Origin: Ignavibacteriota bacterium
GTDB taxonomy: Bacteria; Bacteroidota; Ignavibacteria; UBA10030; UBA6906
Length of the DNA stretch: 64,000 nucleotides
Assembly: GCA_963801355.1 (NCBI GenBank)
Contig: CAWDEM010000004.1
Location: 672,001-736,000 of the forward strand
Reading direction: 5' to 3'
Shown here: positions 9,524 through 18,904 of the stretch, one piece after another
How positions within the stretch are numbered: the stretch's first letter is position 1
Layout of the letters: every line of letters starts with the position of its first letter
Notes under the pieces: model-generated
Database searches by the model: none
Told to the model about the DNA's origin: nothing
Seen by the model: the letters and a program-made list of their open reading frames with translations, nothing else
Program-made: the position numbers and the translations under genes

Positions 9524-10930
9524 ATGAGAGCATTGATGAGGTCGTTAGGGAGTGCCATCATTACTATTCTCCTCGGTCTGGGAGCCGCGGGTTGCGGTGC
9601 GCTGAACGAAGACCTTCCCGCGCCCAACAAACCGGAATCACAAATCCATGAGACCGGCTGGAATGACCAGACGTCTGCGAACTTCCACGGTACAATCCTG
9701 CAGGCCGGCAACTATGATTACGCGAAGTGCGTGACCTGTCACGCAAAGTCGTTTGCGGGCGGGACCAGCGGCGTGGGCTGCTTTTCCTGCCATCAATCCT
9801 TCCCTCACAAAGCCGGCTGGCTTGATGCCTCATCAAACAACTTCCATGGCAAGTTCCTCCGCCTTGGCATGGGTCAGCTGGTTGATTGTGCGAAATGCCA
9901 TGGCACAGGGTTTGACGGCGGGACCAGCGGCAAGTCATGCTACACATGTCATGCCTCCTACCCGCACAAGTCCGGATGGTTGGATCCTGCATCGTCGGTC
10001 TCACACGGGAAATTCCTGAAGACAAAGAACTGGCAGGTGGTAGAGTGTGCACAGTGCCACGGAAGTGATTTTGCCGGCGGAAGCAGCGGGAAAGCCTGCT
10101 TCACATGTCATGCATCGTATCCCCACACCGTGTTTGTCGCCGCGTCCGGGCATGCGGGCTACCTGTTGAGTCACGGGTATCCCCTTGCTCAGTGCAAGAG
10201 CTGCCACGGCAACGCATATACAGGCGGATCGGTCGTGAACGTCTCCTGCTCAACCGCAGGATGCCATGTGGACAACACCGGAGCGGCTAAATCGCCGGAG
10301 GCGTGCAATACCTGTCACGGACAATTCCGCGCGTTGGCGAGCGATGCCCTCTCGGCCGCGCCGCCCAAAAGCGTGCTGGGTGATTCTCTCACGAGCGCGC
10401 GAGGGGTCGGCGCGCATGCCAAACATCTGTTGTCCGGCACCCTGGGCAGGCCAGTGAAGTGCGCGGAGTGCCATGCGAAGCCGGCGTCGTTGTTCGCTTC
10501 CGGACATGTCGATACACCGCTGCCGGCCGAAGTGGCGTTCAATGACACTCTCGCCCGACTGAAAACAGGGGGAGGGACCTTCGATCCCGCTCCAACATAC
10601 AATCCGACAACACTGAAGTGTGCCAACACCTATTGCCACGGCAACTGGCAGATGAAGAAGTCCGAATCCATTTATGCGTATATCTTCACGGACTCGGTAA
10701 TGGTCGGTGCCTCAGCGGGACCGTCGTGGAGCGAAGGAGCTTCGGTGGCATCATGCGGCAGTTGCCATGGCACAGCGGAGTCCGTCACGCCAAAGGGTCA
10801 CATGGCGTTCAATCTGAACAGCTGCGTCAACTGCCACATCGGCGTTGTCAATGGCTCAGGCCAGATCATCAATCAGGCACTGCACATCAATGGCAAGGCC
10901 AACAGCTTTGGTTCCGAGCGGTCATTCTGA
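9524..10930 (+). CDS. 13-heme lipoprotein cytochrome (CxxCH/CX4CH type), likely outer-surface
   Basis: AAGGAGG upstream; lipobox LGAAG-C; 11 CxxCH + 2 CX4CH (CSTAGCH, CANTYCH); ends H.NG. Confidence 0.88.
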   Translation: MRALMRSLGSAIITILLGLGAAGCGALNEDLPAPNKPESQIHETGWNDQTSANFHGTILQAGNYDYAKCVTCHAKSFAGGTSGVGCFSCHQSFPHKAGWLDASSNNFHGKFLRLGMGQLVDCAKCHGTGFDGGTSGKSCYTCHASYPHKSGWLDPASSVSHGKFLKTKNWQVVECAQCHGSDFAGGSSGKACFTCHASYPHTVFVAASGHAGYLLSHGYPLAQCKSCHGNAYTGGSVVNVSCSTAGCHVDNTGAAKSPEACNTCHGQFRALASDALSAAPPKSVLGDSLTSARGVGAHAKHLLSGTLGRPVKCAECHAKPASLFASGHVDTPLPAEVAFNDTLARLKTGGGTFDPAPTYNPTTLKCANTYCHGNWQMKKSESIYAYIFTDSVMVGASAGPSWSEGASVASCGSCHGTAESVTPKGHMAFNLNSCVNCHIGVVNGSGQIINQALHINGKANSFGSERSF

Positions 10931-10970
10931 CGTCACACTGAACGGCTAGGGAGCACACTCCCTGTGCAAT

Positions 10971-11012
10971 GAATCCCGGTTCCGCTCATGCGGGGCCGGG
11001 ATTCCTGCTTTT
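10971..11012 (+). terminator. Probable intrinsic terminator after cytochrome operon
   Basis: 15-bp stem GAATCCCGGTTCCGC-TCAT-GCGGGGCCGGGATTC (two G-U) followed by CTGCTTTT. Confidence 0.7.
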
Positions 11013-11176
11013 GCACTCCTGCAAAGGTTTTCCCAGAGATTGGAATCCCATTGAGCGCAGAAGAGCGCAAATTCCCTCAAATCGCTATCTAATGGTCGTT
11101 TTTGCGTGTTTGTGATGGTGGACCGGTGGCACGCAACTTGAACGGTATAGGGCACCCAAGCATCTGTGGAGTACCA

Positions 11177-13402
11177 ATGACTGTTCTTGCACATTATGTT
11201 CTGCTTCTTGCACTGTTGACCTCGGTGTCCTCGGCGGTACTGTATTTCCGTGCCGCCTCTACACGGGACGAAAGGTTGACCGTCCCGCGCGCACTGCTTC
11301 TCTCCAGCGTCTCACTTGTTGTTATCGCCTGCGCCATCCTGATCTTGTTGCTTATCCGGCATGATTTCAGCAATGCCTATGTGTACGGGTACAGCGATAG
11401 ATCGCTGCCGCTCCATTTTCTTCTCTCTGCGTTTTACGCAGGGCAGGAAGGGAGTTTCCTTTTCTGGACTCTCTGCTCGTCGCTCATCGCCCTCTGGTTG
11501 ATGCGGTCGCGGTCAGCTACACCAGCCGTGCTCACGGTCTACCTGTTCGTGAACTCGATGCTCCTGCTCCTCGTGTTTGCGAAAACCCCTTTCCACTCGA
11601 TCTGGGATGCGTACCCCGGCGTGCCGGCGGGCCAGATACCCGCGGACGGCCACGGCCTCAATCCGCTGCTGCAGAACTTCTGGATGGTCATCCATCCTCC
11701 CGTCCTGTTTCTGGGTTTTGCTCTGATGGGTGTGCCATTCTGCCAGGCCGTCGCAGCACTCTGGACACGGCAGTATGACGCATTTGCCCGGGACGGATTG
11801 GGGTGGGTGTTGACGGGTGCCTTCGTGCTGGGACTGGGCATCATGCTCGGCGCCTATTGGGCATACGGTGTGCTGGGCTGGGGCGGCTACTGGGGGTGGG
11901 ACCCTGTTGAGAACTCCTCACTGATCCCATGGCTGACGGCCATTGCTCTCGTGCATACGCTGCTTGCACAGCGGAGGACCGGCAAGTACCGCCGGACGAA
12001 CTTCTTCCTTGCCATTGTCACGTTCTTTCTTGTCATCTACAGCACATTTCTGACCCGGAGCGGGATCCTGGGCGATGCTTCGGTGCATTCGTTCTCCGAT
12101 CCGGGCGCATCGGTGTATGTCCTGCTCCTCATCTTTCTTGCATTGATCGCGGTCATGGGCATCGCCGTCATGGTCCTGCGCATGCGCGACCTGGCACCGC
12201 CACACGCCGGCACGGGATGGTTGACGCGTGAGATTCTGCTCGGTGCCGGAGCCATCGCGCTCCTGCTCTGCGCGGTGGTGATTCTCTTCGGCACAAGCCT
12301 TCCGATATTCTCCACTACCCGTGTCGAAACCTCTTTCTACGACATCACGAATCTGCCGGTCGGCATCCTTTTCGGATTGCTCATCGGCATCAGTCTGTAC
12401 ACGCAGTGGGAGGAGCAGGACATCCGCTTCACGATCCAGAAATCGTGGAAGGCTCTCCTCGCGGCGCTCCTCATCACCGCCGTACTCGTGGCGGCGGGGA
12501 TGCGGGACCCTCTGACGAGTGCAATGGTATGCACGGCGATTTTTGCGCTCCTTGTCAATATCGACATCGGGGCAAGGGGACTCCGCGGCGGCATACTGCT
12601 GCTTGGCGGCAAGCTGGCCCACATCGGTATTGCGCTGTTCTTGATCGGTGTGGTCAGCACCGGCGTGTACGATGAAACAGCACACGTCGGCTTGCCCCAG
12701 CACGAACCCGTGCAGGTGCTCGGACATACACTCTCCTACGACGGATACACTGTCCGCCCTGACGGCAAGTACGAATTTCGCGTCACAGCCACCGAAGGAA
12801 CACGGACATTTACTATTCTTCCGGTGATGTTTGAAGCACCCCAGCAAGGGATCATGCGGAATCCCGACATTGTCTCGTCGCTGACGTCGGACTTCTATCT
12901 GTCGCCGGTTTCTCTGGAGCCCGCCGAAGGCGGGACGGTGCCCGAAGAGCACGAACTGGCGAAGGGGGCCACAATCGTGCACGATAATGCCCGGGTGAAG
13001 TTTGTCCGGTTTGATATGGGCCCGGACAGGGGGGGAATGGGCGCACACGGCTCAACCGTGGCCATTGCAGCGGTGCTGGAAGTGGAGCGTGGCAAAGCCC
13101 GCGAGACATTATTCCCCGCCCTCGCACAGCGCGAGACGGGCGAAACCGACTACCGGCCTGCCATGTCGAAGCTGCTCGGGACAGAGGTGCGCCTGTTGAA
13201 GGTCAACGTGGGGATGGGTGATGCATCACCTTCGAAGATTGTCGTGGGATTTCAACGCGCGCATGCCCCACCGGCCCGGCCTGAGACATTGATGGTCGAA
13301 GCGAGTGTCAAGCCCTTCATCATTCTGTTGTGGGGAGGGACGTTGGTCATGATGGCAGGATTTGTCCTGGCAATCATCAAACGTATGAGGGAGGCAGCAT
13401 GA
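11177..13402 (+). CDS. ccmF: Cytochrome c maturation heme lyase CcmF/NrfE
   Basis: GQEGSFL, GLNPLLQNFWMVIHPP, WGGYWGWDPVEN (WWD), TFLTRSG, SVHSF motifs; ATG 11177. Confidence 0.95.
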   Translation: MTVLAHYVLLLALLTSVSSAVLYFRAASTRDERLTVPRALLLSSVSLVVIACAILILLLIRHDFSNAYVYGYSDRSLPLHFLLSAFYAGQEGSFLFWTLCSSLIALWLMRSRSATPAVLTVYLFVNSMLLLLVFAKTPFHSIWDAYPGVPAGQIPADGHGLNPLLQNFWMVIHPPVLFLGFALMGVPFCQAVAALWTRQYDAFARDGLGWVLTGAFVLGLGIMLGAYWAYGVLGWGGYWGWDPVENSSLIPWLTAIALVHTLLAQRRTGKYRRTNFFLAIVTFFLVIYSTFLTRSGILGDASVHSFSDPGASVYVLLLIFLALIAVMGIAVMVLRMRDLAPPHAGTGWLTREILLGAGAIALLLCAVVILFGTSLPIFSTTRVETSFYDITNLPVGILFGLLIGISLYTQWEEQDIRFTIQKSWKALLAALLITAVLVAAGMRDPLTSAMVCTAIFALLVNIDIGARGLRGGILLLGGKLAHIGIALFLIGVVSTGVYDETAHVGLPQHEPVQVLGHTLSYDGYTVRPDGKYEFRVTATEGTRTFTILPVMFEAPQQGIMRNPDIVSSLTSDFYLSPVSLEPAEGGTVPEEHELAKGATIVHDNARVKFVRFDMGPDRGGMGAHGSTVAIAAVLEVERGKARETLFPALAQRETGETDYRPAMSKLLGTEVRLLKVNVGMGDASPSKIVVGFQRAHAPPARPETLMVEASVKPFIILLWGGTLVMMAGFVLAIIKRMREAA

Positions 13403-13665
13403 ATGAAGTGGCGGCGAAAACGCTCCGGCGCCTGCCGGCTAATGTCGGAGGACGGTTCTTCACCACCGAGGATTGCGATGGATGTGCATATTGCGCATCC
13501 ATTGCACCCGACAATTTTGATTACCAGAAGGAGACCAACACCTATTTCGTTTCCCGGCAGCCCCGAACGAAGGCCGAGGAAGATGAAATGATGGAGGCAT
13601 TGGAGGATTGTCCGGTGGATGCCATCCGTTTGGGAAGCGACGGCAACGGAAAGGTCCGGGAGTGA
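13399..13665 (+). CDS. Single-cluster ferredoxin
   Basis: CDGCAYC...APDNF...CPVDAI; ATGA overlap with ccmF; GGAGG RBS. Confidence 0.88.
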   Translation: MNEVAAKTLRRLPANVGGRFFTTEDCDGCAYCASIAPDNFDYQKETNTYFVSRQPRTKAEEDEMMEALEDCPVDAIRLGSDGNGKVRE

Positions 13666-14708
13666 AACCCGCTCTAGAGGCAGATCTGACGGTCGCCGGG
13701 CCGCTCGACGCCCCCCCATCCACCGGAAGCTGGACGGAGCAGATGATGTTTCTGCTCCGCTCCGCGGTGCTCGCACCGTCCACCTACAACACGCAGCCGT
13801 GGAAATTCCGGGTGACAGCAGACGGCGTTGACGTGTATGCCGATTATACCCGCCGTATGCCCGCGGCAGATCCAGACGGCAGGGAAATGATGATGAGTAT
13901 CGGGGCCGCGGTGATGAATCTGCGCGTTGCCGCGGCATTTGCAGGCTACATATGCGATGTCATCTACAACTACAGCGGATCGAGCGAAGAACCTCTTGCC
14001 TCCGTCCGCCTGACGCCATGCCGGGATTGTCCTCCGGAGACGCTGGATCTGGCCGGGCTCTACGGGTTCATTGCACAGCGTCACACCAACAGGCACCCTT
14101 TCCTGCTCAGCAGGATCCCCGCGGCAGTTCTGGAGCGGGTGCGCGGTCTTGCGCACGGGACCGATCTGATGGTGATGGTATCGACGGACGGGGATCGCAA
14201 CGAACGCATTGCCGACGTGATTACCCGGGGTGACAGGATGCTCCTGGAAAATGCGGATTACCGGCGGAATGTCTCCGCCTGGCTCCACATGCATGCACAG
14301 TCTCATCCGGACGGACTTCCGGCACAGGCTTGCGGCCTCGACGCGAAGGTGGTCGCTGCAGCCCCGTGGGCGGCGCGGGTAATCGACATCGGGAAGATCC
14401 GGGCTGCACATGACAGGCATCTCTGCCTCGAAGCACCCGGCTTGATAGCGCTCTGCAGCGAAGACCATGTCCCACACTATGTTGCAGTCGGTGAACTCCT
14501 TGAACAGATACTCCTGGTGCTGACAGGTGAAGGACTCCATGCCAGTTTCTTCAACATGCCGATCCAGGTTCCAGTATTGCGCACGCAATTGCAGCAGATT
14601 CTCGGGGCCGCAGTGCCGCCGCAGCTGCTCTTGCGCCTCGGCTACTCCCTCTCCGAGCCGATCCGGACTGCCCGTCGCCCTCTGGAGGATGTTCTGTTGC
14701 GTGTATGA
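13662..14708 (+). CDS. Acg-family FMN-binding nitroreductase-like protein
   Basis: LAPSTYNTQPWKF, DPDGREMMMSIGAA, RHTNRHPF, PQLLLRLGY, RRPLEDV; GTGA overlap. Confidence 0.85.
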   Translation: MKPALEADLTVAGPLDAPPSTGSWTEQMMFLLRSAVLAPSTYNTQPWKFRVTADGVDVYADYTRRMPAADPDGREMMMSIGAAVMNLRVAAAFAGYICDVIYNYSGSSEEPLASVRLTPCRDCPPETLDLAGLYGFIAQRHTNRHPFLLSRIPAAVLERVRGLAHGTDLMVMVSTDGDRNERIADVITRGDRMLLENADYRRNVSAWLHMHAQSHPDGLPAQACGLDAKVVAAAPWAARVIDIGKIRAAHDRHLCLEAPGLIALCSEDHVPHYVAVGELLEQILLVLTGEGLHASFFNMPIQVPVLRTQLQQILGAAVPPQLLLRLGYSLSEPIRTARRPLEDVLLRV

Positions 14709-14750
14709 CGGAGTTACAGGTTCTCTTGAACATCAGGAAATCAGGTGTCT

Positions 14751-16079
14751 ATGGATACAACAAAGGACGGTCCCGAGAACACAAGCGATCAAAGTCATTC
14801 CACTGAAGCCCATTTGATCTACGGCCGCATGGATGATCCCCGGTGGGACTACAGTCATCATTTGTTGCCGCCCATATCCGCCTCAGCGACGTACCGCCTC
14901 GACAGTGCACAGCGGGGGGCGCAGGGATTCACGGAATTCGCGCACACGACGGACGAGGTGGATGTGACACGCAAAGTGCCCATCTACATTTACGACCGTC
15001 TCGGCGAGCCGAACAAGGACATGCTCGAAGAGAATCTCGCGTATGCAGAGGGTGGTGACATCGCGGTCACGTTTGCCAGCGGGATGGCGGCAATTTCGGG
15101 GGTGCTGGGCATTCTCACCGGCTCCGGCAGCGAAGTGCTGGCCCACAAGGTGCTGTACGGCTGCACCTATTCGCTGCTGACGAACTGGTACCCGCGCCTC
15201 AAGATCGGCGTGCAGTTTGTCGATTTCAGTGATGCCGCGGAAGTGGCTGCAGCGATTACAAAACACACGCGTGTACTGTACATGGAATCGCCGGTGAATC
15301 CCACCATGCGGCTCGTGGATCTCAAGGCGATTGCCGACGTTGCAGCCCGCGTCAATGCCGGCCGCGATCCCAAGGATCGGGTGTACACCGTTGTGGACAG
15401 CACATTTGCGACGCCCTTCTGCCAGCGTCCGATCGCTCTCGGCATCGATTTTGTCGTTCACTCCCTGACAAAAGGGATCGGAGGATTCGGCACGGATATC
15501 GGGGGAGCTGTGGTCGGGCCCCGGTGGAGCCACGACCAGTTGTTGTTGTTCCGGAAGGATTTTGGCGGCATTCTCTCGTCAAAGTCGGCCTGGCCCGTGC
15601 TGGTGGTGGGACTCCCTTCGCTTGCGGTGAGGATGCGGCAAATGCAGGCGACGGCGGAGCGCGTTGCCGAATTTCTTGAAACCCGTCCGGAAGTTGAGCG
15701 TGTGCTATACCCGGGGCTGGCGTCGTTCCCCCAGGCCGAGCTTGCCCGGCGGCAGATGCGGGACTTCGAAGGGAATTTCGCGCCGGGTTCCATGATCTAT
15801 TTCGTCATGAAAGGCGCCGGTCCCCAGGACGCGTTGAAGCGCGCCGAACGATTCATCAATACCCTTGCACAGGAAGCGTACTGCGTGACGCTGGCAGTCA
15901 GCCTCGGCAATATCCGCACGTTGATCGAGCATCCCGCGTCGATGACCCACTCGGCAATTCCCGCTGAAATGCAAGCAGCCAAAGGCCTGGATCCGGGCGG
16001 GGTCCGCCTGGCCATCGGTCTGGAGAAACCGGAAGATATCATCAAAGATCTTGAACATGTATTGAACCGCACCCGGTGA
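14751..16079 (+). CDS. PLP-dependent methionine gamma-lyase / Cys-Met metabolism family enzyme
   Basis: YDRLGEP, FASGMAAI, LYGCT, ESPVNP, VDSTFATP, HSLTK (PLP Lys), LAVSLG, HPASMTH. Confidence 0.88.
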   Translation: MDTTKDGPENTSDQSHSTEAHLIYGRMDDPRWDYSHHLLPPISASATYRLDSAQRGAQGFTEFAHTTDEVDVTRKVPIYIYDRLGEPNKDMLEENLAYAEGGDIAVTFASGMAAISGVLGILTGSGSEVLAHKVLYGCTYSLLTNWYPRLKIGVQFVDFSDAAEVAAAITKHTRVLYMESPVNPTMRLVDLKAIADVAARVNAGRDPKDRVYTVVDSTFATPFCQRPIALGIDFVVHSLTKGIGGFGTDIGGAVVGPRWSHDQLLLFRKDFGGILSSKSAWPVLVVGLPSLAVRMRQMQATAERVAEFLETRPEVERVLYPGLASFPQAELARRQMRDFEGNFAPGSMIYFVMKGAGPQDALKRAERFINTLAQEAYCVTLAVSLGNIRTLIEHPASMTHSAIPAEMQAAKGLDPGGVRLAIGLEKPEDIIKDLEHVLNRTR

Positions 16080-16135
16080 GGCACAGTCCGCCGGGTGGTG
16101 TATGAACAACCCAAGCCCAGGAAGGAGAATCGCTG

Positions 16136-16426
16136 ATGGCCAAAGGTAAAGTGACTTTTGACATCGAAACCTGCAAGGGATGTGAACTCTGCATTGAAGC
16201 ATGTCCCCAGGAGAGTCTCGCACTCTCCCCGAAAATCAACGCTCAGGGTTACCATTATGCAGTGCTGGTAAAAGACAACTGTACGGGGTGCACGAATTGT
16301 GCGCTTGTGTGTCCCGATGCCGTCATCACGGTGTACCGTGAAAAGAAGAAGGGGAAGACCCCTATTGCGCGGATCACCAACGTGACGCAGAACATCACCG
16401 TGACGATTGACGACGAAAGGAAATAG
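16136..16426 (+). CDS. 2x[4Fe-4S] ferredoxin (delta subunit of 2-oxoacid:ferredoxin oxidoreductase)
   Basis: CKGCELCIEACP and CTGCTNCALVCP; AAGGAG RBS. Confidence 0.93.
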   Translation: MAKGKVTFDIETCKGCELCIEACPQESLALSPKINAQGYHYAVLVKDNCTGCTNCALVCPDAVITVYREKKKGKTPIARITNVTQNITVTIDDERK

Positions 16427-16428
16427 CC

Positions 16429-17517
16429 GTGGGAGACATTCGACTCATGAAAGGCAATGAGGCGCTGGCGGAGGCGGCGATTCGCGCAGGCTGCCAGGCC
16501 TACTTTGGATATCCCATTACCCCGCAGTCCGAAGTGCTGGAATATCTCGCAGGCGAAGGGCGCAAACGCGGCATGATCGTCTTGCAGGCCGAAAGCGAAG
16601 TAGCTTCGATCAATATGGTATTCGGCGGAGCAGGTGCTGGTGCGCGCGTGATGACCTCCTCCTCAAGTCCCGGAATCAGCCTGATGCAGGAAGGCATATC
16701 GTACATTGCCTGCGCGGAGCTGCCGTGTCTGATCGTGAACGTCAATCGTGGCGGCCCCGGTCTCGGCACCATACAACCGTCGCAGGGTGACTACTTCCAG
16801 TCGGTGAAAGGAGGCGGCCATGGCGACTACCGTCTCATCGTCCTCGCGCCGTCCGGCGTGCAGGAGATGGCGGATTTTGTGTACGATGCGTTTGATCTTG
16901 CCGACACATACCGGACACCGGTGCTGATTCTTGCTGATGGGGCCCTCGGACAGATGATGGAGAAAGTGGAATTCCGTGACTACGTTCCTGCCGAGCACAT
17001 TCCGCCGAAGCCCTGGGCGACCACGGGAAAGGGCAAGGAGCATCCCCGGACGTTCATCACGACGCTCCACATGCAGCCCGAACAGATGGAAGAAGTGAAC
17101 CGGCACCTGCAGGCAAAATTCCAGAAGATTGCTGAACGTGAGGTCCGGTACGAACTCGTGAACACGGAAGACGCGGAGTATGTGATTGTTGCTTATGGCC
17201 TTGCCGCGCGGATTGCCCATCGCGCGGTGCAGCTTCTGCGTAAGGAAGGAATCCGGGTAGGTCTGCTGCGGCCGATCACCTTGTGGCCCTATCCCTCGGC
17301 GGTGTTGCGGACACTGGCGCCGGGGTTGCAGGGAGTGCTCGTGGTCGAAATGAATTCAGGGCAAATGGTGGAGGATGTCCGTCTCGCGGTCGAAGGGCGC
17401 ACACCGGTGCATTTCTACGGGCGGATGGGAGGCATCATCCCCGCCCCGGATGAAGTCGTGAGTGCATTGCGCTCGATGATCCACACCGAGGTTCCACAAG
17501 CGGCGGAGGCGCACTGA
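16429..17517 (+). CDS. vorB: 2-oxoacid:ferredoxin oxidoreductase alpha subunit (ketoisovalerate/Vor type)
   Basis: MKGNEA, GYPITPQSE, QAESE, TSSSSPGISLMQEG, RGGPGLG, KGGGHGDY. Confidence 0.92.
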   Translation: MGDIRLMKGNEALAEAAIRAGCQAYFGYPITPQSEVLEYLAGEGRKRGMIVLQAESEVASINMVFGGAGAGARVMTSSSSPGISLMQEGISYIACAELPCLIVNVNRGGPGLGTIQPSQGDYFQSVKGGGHGDYRLIVLAPSGVQEMADFVYDAFDLADTYRTPVLILADGALGQMMEKVEFRDYVPAEHIPPKPWATTGKGKEHPRTFITTLHMQPEQMEEVNRHLQAKFQKIAEREVRYELVNTEDAEYVIVAYGLAARIAHRAVQLLRKEGIRVGLLRPITLWPYPSAVLRTLAPGLQGVLVVEMNSGQMVEDVRLAVEGRTPVHFYGRMGGIIPAPDEVVSALRSMIHTEVPQAAEAH

Positions 17518-17518
17518 C

Positions 17519-18304
17519 ATGTCTCAGGAAACCACACAGGATCTGACGGTGGAAGAGCAGGAACTGCTCGAGTGCGTCTACGCAAAGCCGCATACCCTCA
17601 CCGATACACGGTTCCATTACTGCCCCGGCTGCGGCCACAGCGTTATCCACCGGGTATTGATGGAGGTGATTGAGGAACTGGACATACAGGACAAGACCAT
17701 CGGTATCGCGCCGGTGGGTTGTTCGGTCTTCGCCTACAACTACATGAATATCGACATGCAGGGCACCGCGCACGGAAGAGCGAGCGCTGTCGCAACGGCG
17801 GTCAAACGCATTCTCCCGGACAGATACGTGTTCTCCTATCAGGGAGACGGCGATCTTGCGGCGATCGGTACCGCGGAGACCATCCATACTTGTAATCGCG
17901 GCGAGAACATCATGATCGTGTTCATCAACAATGCGATCTATGGCATGACCGGCGGGCAGATGGCTCCCACAACGCTGATCGGCATGAAGACGTCGACTTC
18001 ACCCACCGGCCGCAACGTGGAGACCGGCGGCTATCCGATAAGGATGACGGAGATCGTGGCAACGTTCCCGGGTGTGTACTACGTGACGCGCCAGTCCGTG
18101 CACACGCCCAATGCCGTCCGGCAACTCAAGAAGGCCTTCACCAAGGGCTTTCAATATCAGAAGGAAAAGAAAGGCACATGTTTCATTGAAGTAGTCTCCA
18201 ATTGTCCCTCCGGGTGGAAGATGACCCCGCTCCAGGCAAATGAGTGGCTGGTGGAGAACATGTTCCCCTTCTATCCGCCCGGCGACATCAAAGTCCCGAA
18301 ATGA
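17519..18304 (+). CDS. 2-oxoacid:ferredoxin oxidoreductase beta (TPP-binding) subunit
   Basis: HYCPGCGH, PVGCS, HGRA, YQGDGDLAAIG, NNAIYGMTGGQMAPTT. Confidence 0.93.
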   Translation: MSQETTQDLTVEEQELLECVYAKPHTLTDTRFHYCPGCGHSVIHRVLMEVIEELDIQDKTIGIAPVGCSVFAYNYMNIDMQGTAHGRASAVATAVKRILPDRYVFSYQGDGDLAAIGTAETIHTCNRGENIMIVFINNAIYGMTGGQMAPTTLIGMKTSTSPTGRNVETGGYPIRMTEIVATFPGVYYVTRQSVHTPNAVRQLKKAFTKGFQYQKEKKGTCFIEVVSNCPSGWKMTPLQANEWLVENMFPFYPPGDIKVPK

Positions 18305-18343
18305 ACTGAACGAATCGCAGACTGTCGACAAAAGGATGCACTT

Positions 18344-18895
18344 ATGACTCATGAACTCTTAGCCGCCGGCTTTGGCGGACAGGGTGTGCTCTCGTTGGGA
18401 GCGACCCTGGCGTATGCCGGCATGATCGAGAACAAGGAAATCACCTGGATGCCTTCGTACGGTCCGGAAATGCGCGGTGGGACGGCGAATTGCATCATCA
18501 TTGTCTCGGACGAACGGATCAGTTCGCCTATCGTCACGACCTTTGATACGGTCATCGCGCTGAACCAGCCGTCGCTCGAAAAATTTGAAAAGGCCGTGAA
18601 GCCCGGCGGGCTGTTGATTTATGACTCGACGAGCATGCTGACGCCGCCGCGCCGCACGGATATCCAGGTGGTCCCGATCCCCGCGGGGGATGAGGCCTTG
18701 AAGCTGAAGAACACCAAAGTGCTGAACATGATCGTTCTGGGCGCTTTTCTCGAGAGAACCCATGTCGTGGAAATCGATGCGATCATGAAAGCCCTGCGCA
18801 AGGCCCTGCCCGAACGGTACCATAACCTGTTACCGCTGAACGAGCAGGCATTGCGGCGGGGAATGGAACTCGCCGGCCAACCGGCAATGGTCTGA
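18344..18895 (+). CDS. 2-oxoacid:ferredoxin oxidoreductase gamma subunit
   Basis: AGFGGQG, PSYGPEMRGGTANC, NMIVLGA. Confidence 0.93.
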   Translation: MTHELLAAGFGGQGVLSLGATLAYAGMIENKEITWMPSYGPEMRGGTANCIIIVSDERISSPIVTTFDTVIALNQPSLEKFEKAVKPGGLLIYDSTSMLTPPRRTDIQVVPIPAGDEALKLKNTKVLNMIVLGAFLERTHVVEIDAIMKALRKALPERYHNLLPLNEQALRRGMELAGQPAMV

Positions 18896-18904
18896 CGGGG
18901 CAGA

